A stretch of 12,994 nucleotides of DNA from Gemmatimonadota bacterium (GCA_031372565.1 JANMLN010000199.1:1-12994); one strand, 5' to 3'. Positions 6,215 to 12,918 are shown, counted from the first letter of the stretch. Translations and numbers: made by a program. The notes: generated by a model from the sequence alone, not told the origin.

Positions 6215-8442
6215 TTGCCACCTCCCGCCGAAAGCGACGGTGACACCGGTGTCGTGGTCGCCACCCCCGCCGTCTTGATGTCGCGTCCCAGGCGCTGCAG
6301 GTAGGCGACCATGGCCACCACTTCCTTGTCCTCGAGTCCGGCCGGCCCGCCGTTCTTCACGACGTCGTCCGCGATTTCCTTGGCCTGCGCCTTCGCCATC
6401 GCGAGGCTGTTGTTCACCGCCTCGCCGTACGGCACGCCCAGCATCGCCATGACTTCGACACGCTTCGGGATCACCGCCCAGTCAATCGTGTTCGTCGCGA
6501 AGTTGCCGTACGTGGGCATGATCGACTTCGCCGCGATCTCGCGCGGATTCGCGAAGTGCCGCACATGCCAGAGGTTCGGGTACTTGCCCCCTTCGCGCGC
6601 GAGGTCCGGCCCGATGCGCCGCGACCCCCACAGGAACGGGTGGTCGAACACCGACTCGCCCGGCTTCGAGTACTCGCCGTACCGCTCCGTCTCGTAGCGC
6701 AACGGGCGGATCATCTGCGAGTGGCAGTTGAAGCACCCCTCGCGGATGTACAGGTCGCGTCCGTGCAGCTCGAGCGGCGAGTACGGCTTGACGGATGCGA
6801 TCGTCGGCACGTTGCTCTTGATCAGGAAGGTCGGCAGGATCTCGAACAGCGAGGCGACGATCACCGCGACCGCGGTCAGGACCGTGAAGAGGACGGGCAT
6901 CCCCTCCCAGCGCCGGTGATAGCGCATGCCGGTGACCCACCCCAGCATCCCTTCCCCCGCCTTCCGTGACGACGGCTCCGGTGCGAGCGCCCCGAGCCGC
7001 GCCGCGCGGATCACCGGGACCTCGTACGTCGCCGGTCGTGCACGCCACGTCATCAGGATGTTCCAGCCGAACATCAGCATGCCGATGATGTACATCGTGC
7101 CGCCGACCACGCGCAGCCAGTACATCGGCATCAGGCGCGCCACCGTCTCGACGAAGTCGGGATAGGCCAGTCGCCCCGTCTCGTCGAACGCGCGCCACAT
7201 CAGCCCCTGCGTCACGCCGGCCGAGTAGATGGCCACCACGTAGAGCAGGATGCCGAACGACGCCACCCAGAAGTGATACTCCGCCAGCTTCTTGCTGAAG
7301 AGCGGCGCCTGGAAGAGGCGCGGGAGCAGCCAGTAGGTGATGCCGAAGATCATGAAGCCGTTCCACCCGAGCGCGCCGGTGTGGACGTGCGCGATGATCC
7401 AGTCGGTGTAGTGGGCGAGCGCGTTCACGCTCTTGATCGAGAGCATCGGGCCCTCGAACGTGCTCATCCCGTACGCGGTGATGCCGACGACGAAGAACTT
7501 GAGGATCGGATCGTCCACCACCTTGCTCCAGCCGCCGCGCAGCGTGAGCAGGCCGTTGATCATCCCGCCCCACGAGGGGGCCCAGAGCATGACGCTGAAC
7601 AGCATGCCGACCGTGGTGGCCCACTCCGGCAGCGCGGTGTAGTGCAGGTGGTGCGGGCCGGCCCAGATGTACATGAAGACCAGCGACCAGAAGTGCAGGA
7701 TCGACAGGCGATAGCTGAACACCGGCCCCTCGGCCGCCTTCGGCATGAAGTAGTACTTCAGGCCGAGGAAGGGGGTCGTCAGGAAGAACGCGACCGCGTT
7801 GTGCCCGTACCACCACTGCATGAAGGCGTCCTGCACGCCGGCGTAGATGCTGTAGCTCTTCAGGAAGCCGGCCGGGACAGCCAGGTTGTTGAAGATGTGG
7901 AGCACGGCCACCGTGACGATCGACGCGATGTAGAACCAGATCGCGACGTACAGGTGGCGCTCGCGGCGCTTGATGAGCGTGCCGATGAAGTTCACCGCGA
8001 AGATGACCCAGACCACCGCAATCGCGATGTCGATCGGCCACTCCAGCTCGGCGTACTCCTTGGCCTGCGTGTACCCGAAGGGCAGGGTCAACGCCGCCGC
8101 AAGGATGATCGCCTGCCAGCCCCAGAAGTGGAGCTTCGAGAGCAGGTCGGAGAACATCCGTGCCTTGAGCAGGCGCTGCGTCGAGTAGTAACCGCCCATG
8201 AAGAAGGCGTTGCCCACGAAGGCGAAGATGACCGCGTTCGTGTGCAGCGGGCGGAGGCGGCCGAAGCTCGTGATCGGCAACCCGAAGTTGAAGATCGGGT
8301 TCGCGAGCTGCAGTGCGATCAGCAGCCCGACCAGCATCCCGATCAGCCCCCACACAAAGGAGGCGACCATGAATTTGCGGACGATGTCATCGTCGTACGT
8401 GAACTCGTCCATGATGACGCCCGGAGCGGCGACTTGCGACAT
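6211..8442 (-). CDS. ccoNO: Fused cbb3-type cytochrome c oxidase subunit I/II (CcoN-CcoO), ~743 aa
   Basis: CcoN motifs FGRLRPLHTN, KEYAELEW, WWYGHNAV, YIWAGPHHLH, TFEG and AHVH, continuing in frame into CcoO motifs GRDLYIREGCFNCHSQMIRP, WGSRRIGPDLAR and SIMP. Start placed at ATG 8442 (MSQVAAP), with GAGG 11 nt upstream, rather than 8499. Confidence 0.97.
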   Translation of the reverse strand: MSQVAAPGVIMDEFTYDDDIVRKFMVASFVWGLIGMLVGLLIALQLANPIFNFGLPITSFGRLRPLHTNAVIFAFVGNAFFMGGYYSTQRLLKARMFSDLLSKLHFWGWQAIILAAALTLPFGYTQAKEYAELEWPIDIAIAVVWVIFAVNFIGTLIKRRERHLYVAIWFYIASIVTVAVLHIFNNLAVPAGFLKSYSIYAGVQDAFMQWWYGHNAVAFFLTTPFLGLKYYFMPKAAEGPVFSYRLSILHFWSLVFMYIWAGPHHLHYTALPEWATTVGMLFSVMLWAPSWGGMINGLLTLRGGWSKVVDDPILKFFVVGITAYGMSTFEGPMLSIKSVNALAHYTDWIIAHVHTGALGWNGFMIFGITYWLLPRLFQAPLFSKKLAEYHFWVASFGILLYVVAIYSAGVTQGLMWRAFDETGRLAYPDFVETVARLMPMYWLRVVGGTMYIIGMLMFGWNILMTWRARPATYEVPVIRAARLGALAPEPSSRKAGEGMLGWVTGMRYHRRWEGMPVLFTVLTAVAVIVASLFEILPTFLIKSNVPTIASVKPYSPLELHGRDLYIREGCFNCHSQMIRPLRYETERYGEYSKPGESVFDHPFLWGSRRIGPDLAREGGKYPNLWHVRHFANPREIAAKSIMPTYGNFATNTIDWAVIPKRVEVMAMLGVPYGEAVNNSLAMAKAQAKEIADDVVKNGGPAGLEDKEVVAMVAYLQRLGRDIKTAGVATTTPVSPSLSAGGGK

Positions 8443-8459
8443 GACGGGTGGTGCCTCGC

Positions 8460-8522
8460 GGTGTGGGTTTCCGCGTAATATTTCCGGACAACACGTCATC
8501 TTCTGTAAGGAAAACCCTGAGT
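8460..8522. promoter_or_regulatory. Probable promoter/operator region of the cco operon
   Basis: Conspicuously AT-rich island just upstream of ccoNO, containing the imperfect palindrome TAAGGAAAACCCTGA (8506-8520) and an inverted related site TGTGGGTTTCCGCGTA (8462-8477). I could not assign -35/-10 elements confidently. Confidence 0.5.
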
Positions 8523-8570
8523 CTCGCGCCCCCGCGCCCGACGCGATGGTGCTGGTTCCCCTACCGCCCC

Positions 8571-8626
8571 GCCAACCTGAGCGCCCCCCGTCAACCTGAG
8601 CGCCCCCCTGTCAACCTGAGCGCCCT
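8571..8626 (+). repeat. Three tandem 17-20 nt units G(T/C)CAACCTGAGCG-C(3-6), resembling the 5' part of the REP
   Basis: Units start at 8571, 8590 and 8610; GTCAACCTGAGCG differs by one base from the REP start GTCATCCTGAGCG. Confidence 0.9.
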
Positions 8627-8695
8627 GTCGTCCTGAGCGAAGCGAAGGACCTGCTTCTCCTGTCATCCTGAGCGAAGCGAAGGATCTGCTTCTCC
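8626..8695 (+). repeat. Two tandem full REP-like copies (35-nt period)
   Basis: TGTCGTCCTGAGCGAAGCGAAGGACCTGCTTCTCC (8626-8660) and TGTCATCCTGAGCGAAGCGAAGGATCTGCTTCTCC (8661-8695). Confidence 0.95.
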
Positions 8696-8755
8696 CGCCC
8701 CACCCCCCCCGCCCGCATCTTGCCCCACGCCTCAACCCTGCCCGGAGCCCCCCGC

Positions 8756-10222
8756 ATGCCCGTCCGCCTGTCGCGCCTCGCCGTCCCGCTCCTCGTCCTC
8801 GCCGCTGCGGCACCAGCCGCACGCGCGCAGCTCCCGCAGGCCGAGTACGCCGACCACCGCGCCGCCTTCGCGACCGCCATCGCCGACGGCATCGTCTACG
8901 CCGCTGGCGGCCGCAACCCGGTCGCGGACTTCGGCCCGTTCTACCAGTTGCCCGCCTTCACCTACCTCACCAACTATCGCGAGCCCGACGCGGCCTTCGT
9001 GATGCTCGTCCAGGGCGGGCGCGCCACCAGTTGGCTCTTCACCACGACCGCCGACCCGCGCCGCGCCTTCTACTACGGCCGACGCGCCGACTCGGCCGCC
9101 CTCTCCCGGACGCTGGGCCTCACCGCGCGCCCGATCACCGCGCTCGCGGGGGTGCTCGACTCGCTCGCCGCCCTCAAGCTGCCCCTGTACCACGTGGCCG
9201 ACTTCGAGAGCAACGACTTCCAGGGCGCGGACTCGCTCACGCGCGGACGCAGCACCGTGCGCGCCCTCGCCGCGCGCGTTCCCGGCCTCCAGGTGCGCGA
9301 CGGCCACCCGATGCTGAACCGGATCCGCGCCCGCAAGTCGGCCGCCGAACTCGCCCTCATCAAGAAGGCCGCGCAAATCTCCGCCGACGGCCATCGCGCC
9401 GCGATGCTCGCCCCCGAACCCCGCTTCGAGTACGAGGTGCAGGCTGCCGTCGAAGGGGGGTTCCTGCGGGGTGGCGCTGCCCGTCCGTCGTACGGGTCGA
9501 TTGTCGGGGCCGGCATGAACGGCACGCAGTTGCATTACATGAAGAATCGCGCGGCCGTGGCCAAGGGCGACCTCATCGTCATCGACGCGGGCGCCGAGTA
9601 CGAGGGATATGCGGCCGACGTCACGCGCACCATTCCCGCCAGCGGCAAGTACACCGCCCAGCAGCGCCAGCTCTACCAGCTCGTGCGCGATGCCCAGGCG
9701 GCCGCCGAGCGGAACTCGAAGCTCGGCCAGTCGAGCGTCGCACAGCTGGATTCATCGGAACGCGTGCGCATTGCCGGACTCGCCAAGCTCGGCCTGATCG
9801 AGTCGGCCGAGGCCACCTTCGATCCTCCGTGGAAGGTCGATTGTGCCGCACAGCCGCGCCAATGCCAGCAGGGGATGCTCTGGATGATCCACGGCATCAG
9901 CCACGGCATCGGCCTCGAGGTGCACGACCCCGCGCAGTTCTACGAGGGCGACCGCACCTTCAAGGCGGGCGACGCCTTCACGATCGAACCCGGGATCTAC
10001 ATCAGTTCCCGTTCGCTCGACGCGCTCCCCGACACGCCGAAGAACCGCGCCTTCATCGCCAAGGTGAAGGCCACCGTCGCGCGCTATGAAGGCGCCGGCG
10101 TGCGCATCGAGGATTCGTACATCATGACCGAGCAGGGGCTCGAGCGGGTCTCGCTCGCGCCGCGCGAGATCGCCGAGATCGAAGCGCTGATGGCCAAGCG
10201 CACGCCACGCGTCCAACCCTGA
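8756..10222 (+). CDS. Secreted Xaa-Pro aminopeptidase (peptidase M24B / aminopeptidase P family), 488 aa
   Basis: AMP_N-like N-terminal domain (FYQ...F-x-YLT-x-x-x-EPDA), RARKS, LHY, DAGAEYEGYAADVTRT, HGISHGIGLEVHD, TIEPG and GVRIED metal-ligand motifs. Sec-type signal MPVRLSRLAVPLLVLAAAAPAARA|Q. GGAG 8 nt before ATG 8756. Confidence 0.93.
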   Translation: MPVRLSRLAVPLLVLAAAAPAARAQLPQAEYADHRAAFATAIADGIVYAAGGRNPVADFGPFYQLPAFTYLTNYREPDAAFVMLVQGGRATSWLFTTTADPRRAFYYGRRADSAALSRTLGLTARPITALAGVLDSLAALKLPLYHVADFESNDFQGADSLTRGRSTVRALAARVPGLQVRDGHPMLNRIRARKSAAELALIKKAAQISADGHRAAMLAPEPRFEYEVQAAVEGGFLRGGAARPSYGSIVGAGMNGTQLHYMKNRAAVAKGDLIVIDAGAEYEGYAADVTRTIPASGKYTAQQRQLYQLVRDAQAAAERNSKLGQSSVAQLDSSERVRIAGLAKLGLIESAEATFDPPWKVDCAAQPRQCQQGMLWMIHGISHGIGLEVHDPAQFYEGDRTFKAGDAFTIEPGIYISSRSLDALPDTPKNRAFIAKVKATVARYEGAGVRIEDSYIMTEQGLERVSLAPREIAEIEALMAKRTPRVQP

Positions 10223-10256
10223 TGTCGTCCTGAGCGAAGCGAAGGACCTGCTTCTC
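10223..10256 (+). repeat. REP-like repeat, full copy
   Basis: TGTCGTCCTGAGCGAAGCGAAGGACCTGCTTCTC starts at the first base after the peptidase stop codon and is identical to 8626-8659. Confidence 0.95.
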
Positions 10257-10287
10257 TCCTCCCCCTCCTCCTCCCCCCCTCCCCCCC

Positions 10288-11046
10288 ATGCCCCACGCCT
10301 TCCCCGGCAAGGTCGCCTTCATCACCGGCGGAGCCACCGGCATCGGTCGCGCCACGGCGCTCCAGTTCGCCGCGGCCGGCGCCCACGTCGTCGTCGCCGA
10401 CTTCAACAGCACCGCCGCCCAGGCGACGGCGGCCGAGTGCTCCGAGCTCGGCCCCAAGGCCATCGCCTGCACCGTCGACGTCCGAGAGGACGCGCAGATC
10501 GCCGACGCCGTCGAGCGCACCGTGTCCATCTTTGGCACCCTCGACATCGCGCTCAACGCAGCCGGCGTCGGCGGCTCGGAAGTTCGAACCGCCGACTACG
10601 ATCCCGCCGACTGGGACCACGTCATTGACGTCAACCTCACCGGTGTCTGGCGCTCGATGCGCCACCAGCTCCCCGTCATGCTCAAGAAGCAGTCGGGGGT
10701 CATCGTCAACGTCGCGAGCGTGGCTGGCCTCAACGGCTTTCCTCGGCATCCCGCCTATGCCGCCAGCAAGCACGGCGTCATCGGACTGACCAAGACAGCC
10801 GCGCTGGAGTACGGCCGCAAGGGGATCCGCATCAATGCGCTCTGTCCCGGCTTCACGCTCACCCCCATGGTGCAGCAGATGCTCGACGCCGGCCTGCCCG
10901 AGGCGGATCTCGCCAGTCGCGTGCCGCTCGGTCGGCTCGGGACCGCAGAGGAAATCGCGGCCACCGTGCTCTACATGTGCTCCGACGCCGCCGCCTTCAT
11001 GATCGGGCACTCGCTGGCCATCGACGGGGGCATCATCGCAGGCTAA
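10288..11046 (+). CDS. Classical short-chain dehydrogenase/reductase (FabG/glucose 1-dehydrogenase-like), probably NAD(H)-preferring
   Basis: TGGATGIG Rossmann motif, acidic residue after beta-2 (VVAD), NAAG, NVAS, YAASK, IRINALCPG and C-terminal IDGG. Confidence 0.95.
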   Translation: MPHAFPGKVAFITGGATGIGRATALQFAAAGAHVVVADFNSTAAQATAAECSELGPKAIACTVDVREDAQIADAVERTVSIFGTLDIALNAAGVGGSEVRTADYDPADWDHVIDVNLTGVWRSMRHQLPVMLKKQSGVIVNVASVAGLNGFPRHPAYAASKHGVIGLTKTAALEYGRKGIRINALCPGFTLTPMVQQMLDAGLPEADLASRVPLGRLGTAEEIAATVLYMCSDAAAFMIGHSLAIDGGIIAG

Positions 11047-11079
11047 GGCGCCGATGCACCGCACACTGTACCAATAACG

Positions 11080-11112
11080 GCCGCCCCGGGGAGACGCCCC
11101 TCCCGGGGCGGC
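11080..11112. terminator. GC-rich hairpin between convergent genes, probable (bidirectional) terminator
   Basis: Perfect 11-bp stem GCCGCCCCGGG/CCCGGGGCGGC; only a weak U-tract (CGTTATT) on the minus strand. Confidence 0.65.
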
Positions 11113-11115
11113 GTG

Positions 11116-12366
11116 CTATGGCACCACCAGTTGCTTCCCGGCCTCGCGCAGTCGCGCCGCATGCGCCGGCTTGCCGCTCTTCTCGCGCAGAATCGGCGCA
11201 TAGAAGCCCAGCATGCCGCGCAGCCGAGCAAGCTGCCGCTGCGCGGACAGCGCGGTGAGCCGATCGGTCCCCGCCGCGTCCTTGAGCAGTCGGCGGGCGC
11301 CCAACCGATCGAGCAGATCATCCACCGACGGCGGCTCCTCGCGCCGTTCTTCCCACGCCAACACGGTGAGAATCCGGTCCTGTTGCGCGAGCTCACGCGC
11401 CAGCATCGGGGCGAGCGCGCCACGCAGGGCGACGAGCGCCGGTCGACCGCGAAGCGCTGCCGCCTGCTCGCGCGCGGCATCGCCCTCGGGCCATCCGTGA
11501 CCGTCACGGGCCAGCTCACGCAACGCTTGCTCTGCCACGTCCAGTTCTGATGCCGCCTCGAGCGAGTCCGCGCGCGCACGACTCGCCGCGAACGCCGCGT
11601 GCACGAAGGCAGAGTCGAGTGGCCGGCGCCCGCTCAGCATCGCGCGGAGTTCCAGCCACGCGAGCGTGCGCGCGATCTCGTCGGCTGGCGGCCAGCCGTG
11701 CGCACCATCAAACGAGGCGAAGCGCGACGGCGTCCCCGCGCTATCCACGGACCGCGCCAGCGCACGCACCTCCGCGTAGTTGAAGTCGCGGTTGCCGGCG
11801 GTGAGCGCCACCGAGACGCCGGCGTCACCGGCAATGAGCGCGTCGGCGCTGGGGGCCGGAAGCGCGGCCGCCGCGCCGATGATCCCCGCGACATTGTCCC
11901 GATAGTCGCGCCAGATCAGCCAGCAGATGCGCGCCGTCCCGCTCATGCCGGTGAGGTAGACCCGTCGCGAATCGAAGGCGAACGCCCCGACCGCCCAGTT
12001 GTACATCGACGTCGCCGACTCCACCGTTGGCGTCTCGTCGCCGTTGTCCGAGCGCGGATCTTCGGCGCTGGCCACCACCCAGCCCAGTCGCTCGGCTGCG
12101 GGCGCGAAGGCGCGGAGTGCAGTCAGCGCGCCACCGCCAGGATCAAGCACGATGAGGAGCGGCGCGCGCGGCCGCTGCGGGCGCGAGGGCATGTAGACGG
12201 CAAAGGCGCGGCGCGGATCGCCGGCCCAGGTCACGTGCTCGGTGATGACCCCCGGGAGCGGCGCCGACGTGGTTGCCTGCGCGGCCCCCGTCGACGCGAG
12301 GGAGCATGCGGCGAGCCAGAGCGCAGCGCAACGTCGCATCCTGCAGGGCCTCGGCATGCTGGTCAT
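11116..12366 (-). CDS. Secreted alpha/beta-hydrolase-fold protein with a helical C-terminal domain; function unknown (start 12366, 12357 or 12339)
   Basis: Signal-like MRRCAALWLAACSLASTGAAQA; FAVYMP, LDPGG, RVYLTGMSGTAR (Ser elbow), GNRDFN (Asp) and FDGAHGWP (His); Ala/Leu/Glu/Arg-rich helical tail. The ORF-track TTG start at 12420 lies inside the tRNA terminator. Confidence 0.82.
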   Translation of the reverse strand: MTSMPRPCRMRRCAALWLAACSLASTGAAQATTSAPLPGVITEHVTWAGDPRRAFAVYMPSRPQRPRAPLLIVLDPGGGALTALRAFAPAAERLGWVVASAEDPRSDNGDETPTVESATSMYNWAVGAFAFDSRRVYLTGMSGTARICWLIWRDYRDNVAGIIGAAAALPAPSADALIAGDAGVSVALTAGNRDFNYAEVRALARSVDSAGTPSRFASFDGAHGWPPADEIARTLAWLELRAMLSGRRPLDSAFVHAAFAASRARADSLEAASELDVAEQALRELARDGHGWPEGDAAREQAAALRGRPALVALRGALAPMLARELAQQDRILTVLAWEERREEPPSVDDLLDRLGARRLLKDAAGTDRLTALSAQRQLARLRGMLGFYAPILREKSGKPAHAARLREAGKQLVVP

Positions 12367-12412
12367 ACGCGGCGCCGTGCAGAATGTTCGGCTCGCGGAC
12401 CGGGCGCCCACG

Positions 12413-12448
12413 AACGACAAACGGCGCCTCCCCCGGGGGAAGCGCCGT
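12413..12448 (-). terminator. Intrinsic terminator of the tRNA cluster
   Basis: Minus-strand RNA ACGGCGCUUCCCC-CG-GGGGAGGCGCCGU-UUGUCGUU: a long stem whose single irregular pair is a U-G wobble only in this orientation, followed by a U-rich tail, 33 nt past tRNA-Thr. Confidence 0.8.
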
Positions 12449-12481
12449 AACCGGATGCGTCGCGCGAGGCGACGACACCAG

Positions 12482-12553
12482 AGCCACAGGTCGGGATTGA
12501 ACCGACGACCGCTCGATTACGAATCGAGTGCTCTACCACTGAGCTACTGTGGC
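12482..12553 (-). tRNA. tRNA-Thr(CGT)
   Basis: GCCACAG/CTGTGGC acceptor stem, anticodon arm CTCGA-TTCGTAA-TCGAG, T-loop TTCAAT; CCA not encoded. Confidence 0.96.
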
Positions 12554-12579
12554 GAACCGTACGTGCGGAGGAACCAACG

Positions 12580-12661
12580 TGCCCTGGCTCGGATTCGAAC
12601 CGAGACGCCTTTCGGCACCACCCCCTCAAGATGGCGTGTCTACCAGTTTCACCACCAAGGC
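12580..12661 (-). tRNA. tRNA-Leu(GAG)
   Basis: GCCTTGG/CCAGGGC acceptor stem, anticodon arm CCATC-TTGAGGG-GGTGG, long variable arm GCC-GAAA-GGC, T-loop TTCGAAT, A73; CCA not encoded. Confidence 0.96.
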
Positions 12662-12715
12662 ATCGCGCCAACCTGCCGCGCGAGTCGTGCACCCAATACT
12701 GCGAGCCAATTCCAA

Positions 12716-12790
12716 CGGGAGCGACGGGGCTCGAACCCGCGACCTCTCGAGTGACAGTCGAGTGCTCTAACCAAACTGAGCTACGCCCCC
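12716..12790 (-). tRNA. tRNA-Asp(GTC)
   Basis: GGGGGCG/CGCTCCC acceptor stem, anticodon arm CTCGA-CTGTCAC-TCGAG, T-loop TTCGAG, G73; CCA not encoded. Confidence 0.96.
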
Positions 12791-12824
12791 TCCGTACACC
12801 TGCACCTGCGCCGTACACCAGCCA

Positions 12825-12896
12825 TAGCCCCAACGGGAGTCGAACCCGTCTCCCGACCTTGAAAGGGTCGTGTCCTAACCGATAGACGATGGGGCC
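12825..12896 (-). tRNA. tRNA-Glu(TTC)
   Basis: GGCCCCA/TGGGGCT acceptor stem, anticodon arm CGACC-CTTTCAA-GGTCG, T-loop TTCGACT; CCA not encoded. Confidence 0.95.
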
Positions 12897-12918
12897 GATC
12901 GATCGCTGGGGTCCTGAA

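Noticed and set aside
556..8478. Long antisense or alternative-frame ORFs (556-2205, 1250-2881, 3350-4471, 4156-5526, 4265-5365, 6482-8353, 7273-8478)
   Set aside because: Shadow ORFs expected from high-GC codon bias; Arg/His/Pro-rich with no motifs, and fully overlapping well-supported cco genes.
8485..8500. Possible FNR/Crp box (ATGAC-GTGTT-GTCCG on the minus strand)
   Set aside because: Wrong spacing and several mismatches relative to TTGAT-N4-ATCAA.
8571..8695. Possible CRISPR array
   Set aside because: Units abut with no unique spacers, copies are dispersed at other intergenic sites, and no cas genes are present in the window.
8496..8892. Small ORFs across the intergenic repeats (8448-8636, 8496-8822, 8611-8892) and 6-359, sharing peptides such as LRFAQDD and SFASLR
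   Set aside because: The shared peptides are just translations of the DNA repeat; no RBS or coding features.
9031..11064. Overlapping ORFs 9031-10089 (+), 8732-9535 (-) and 10084-11064 (-)
   Set aside because: Frame shadows of the peptidase and the SDR; open antisense frames are common on GC-rich SDR genes.
11047..12481. Genomic island integrated at tRNA-Thr
   Set aside because: No integrase, no duplicated tRNA 3' end found in the window, and the native terminator directly follows the tRNA.
12792..12819. Direct repeat CCGTACACC x2 in the Glu-Asp tRNA spacer
   Set aside because: Only 9 nt and two copies; could be a processing signal or slippage relic but cannot be distinguished from chance here.
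12143..12885. ORFs spanning the tRNA cluster
   Set aside because: They overlap canonical tRNA cloverleaves and a terminator.
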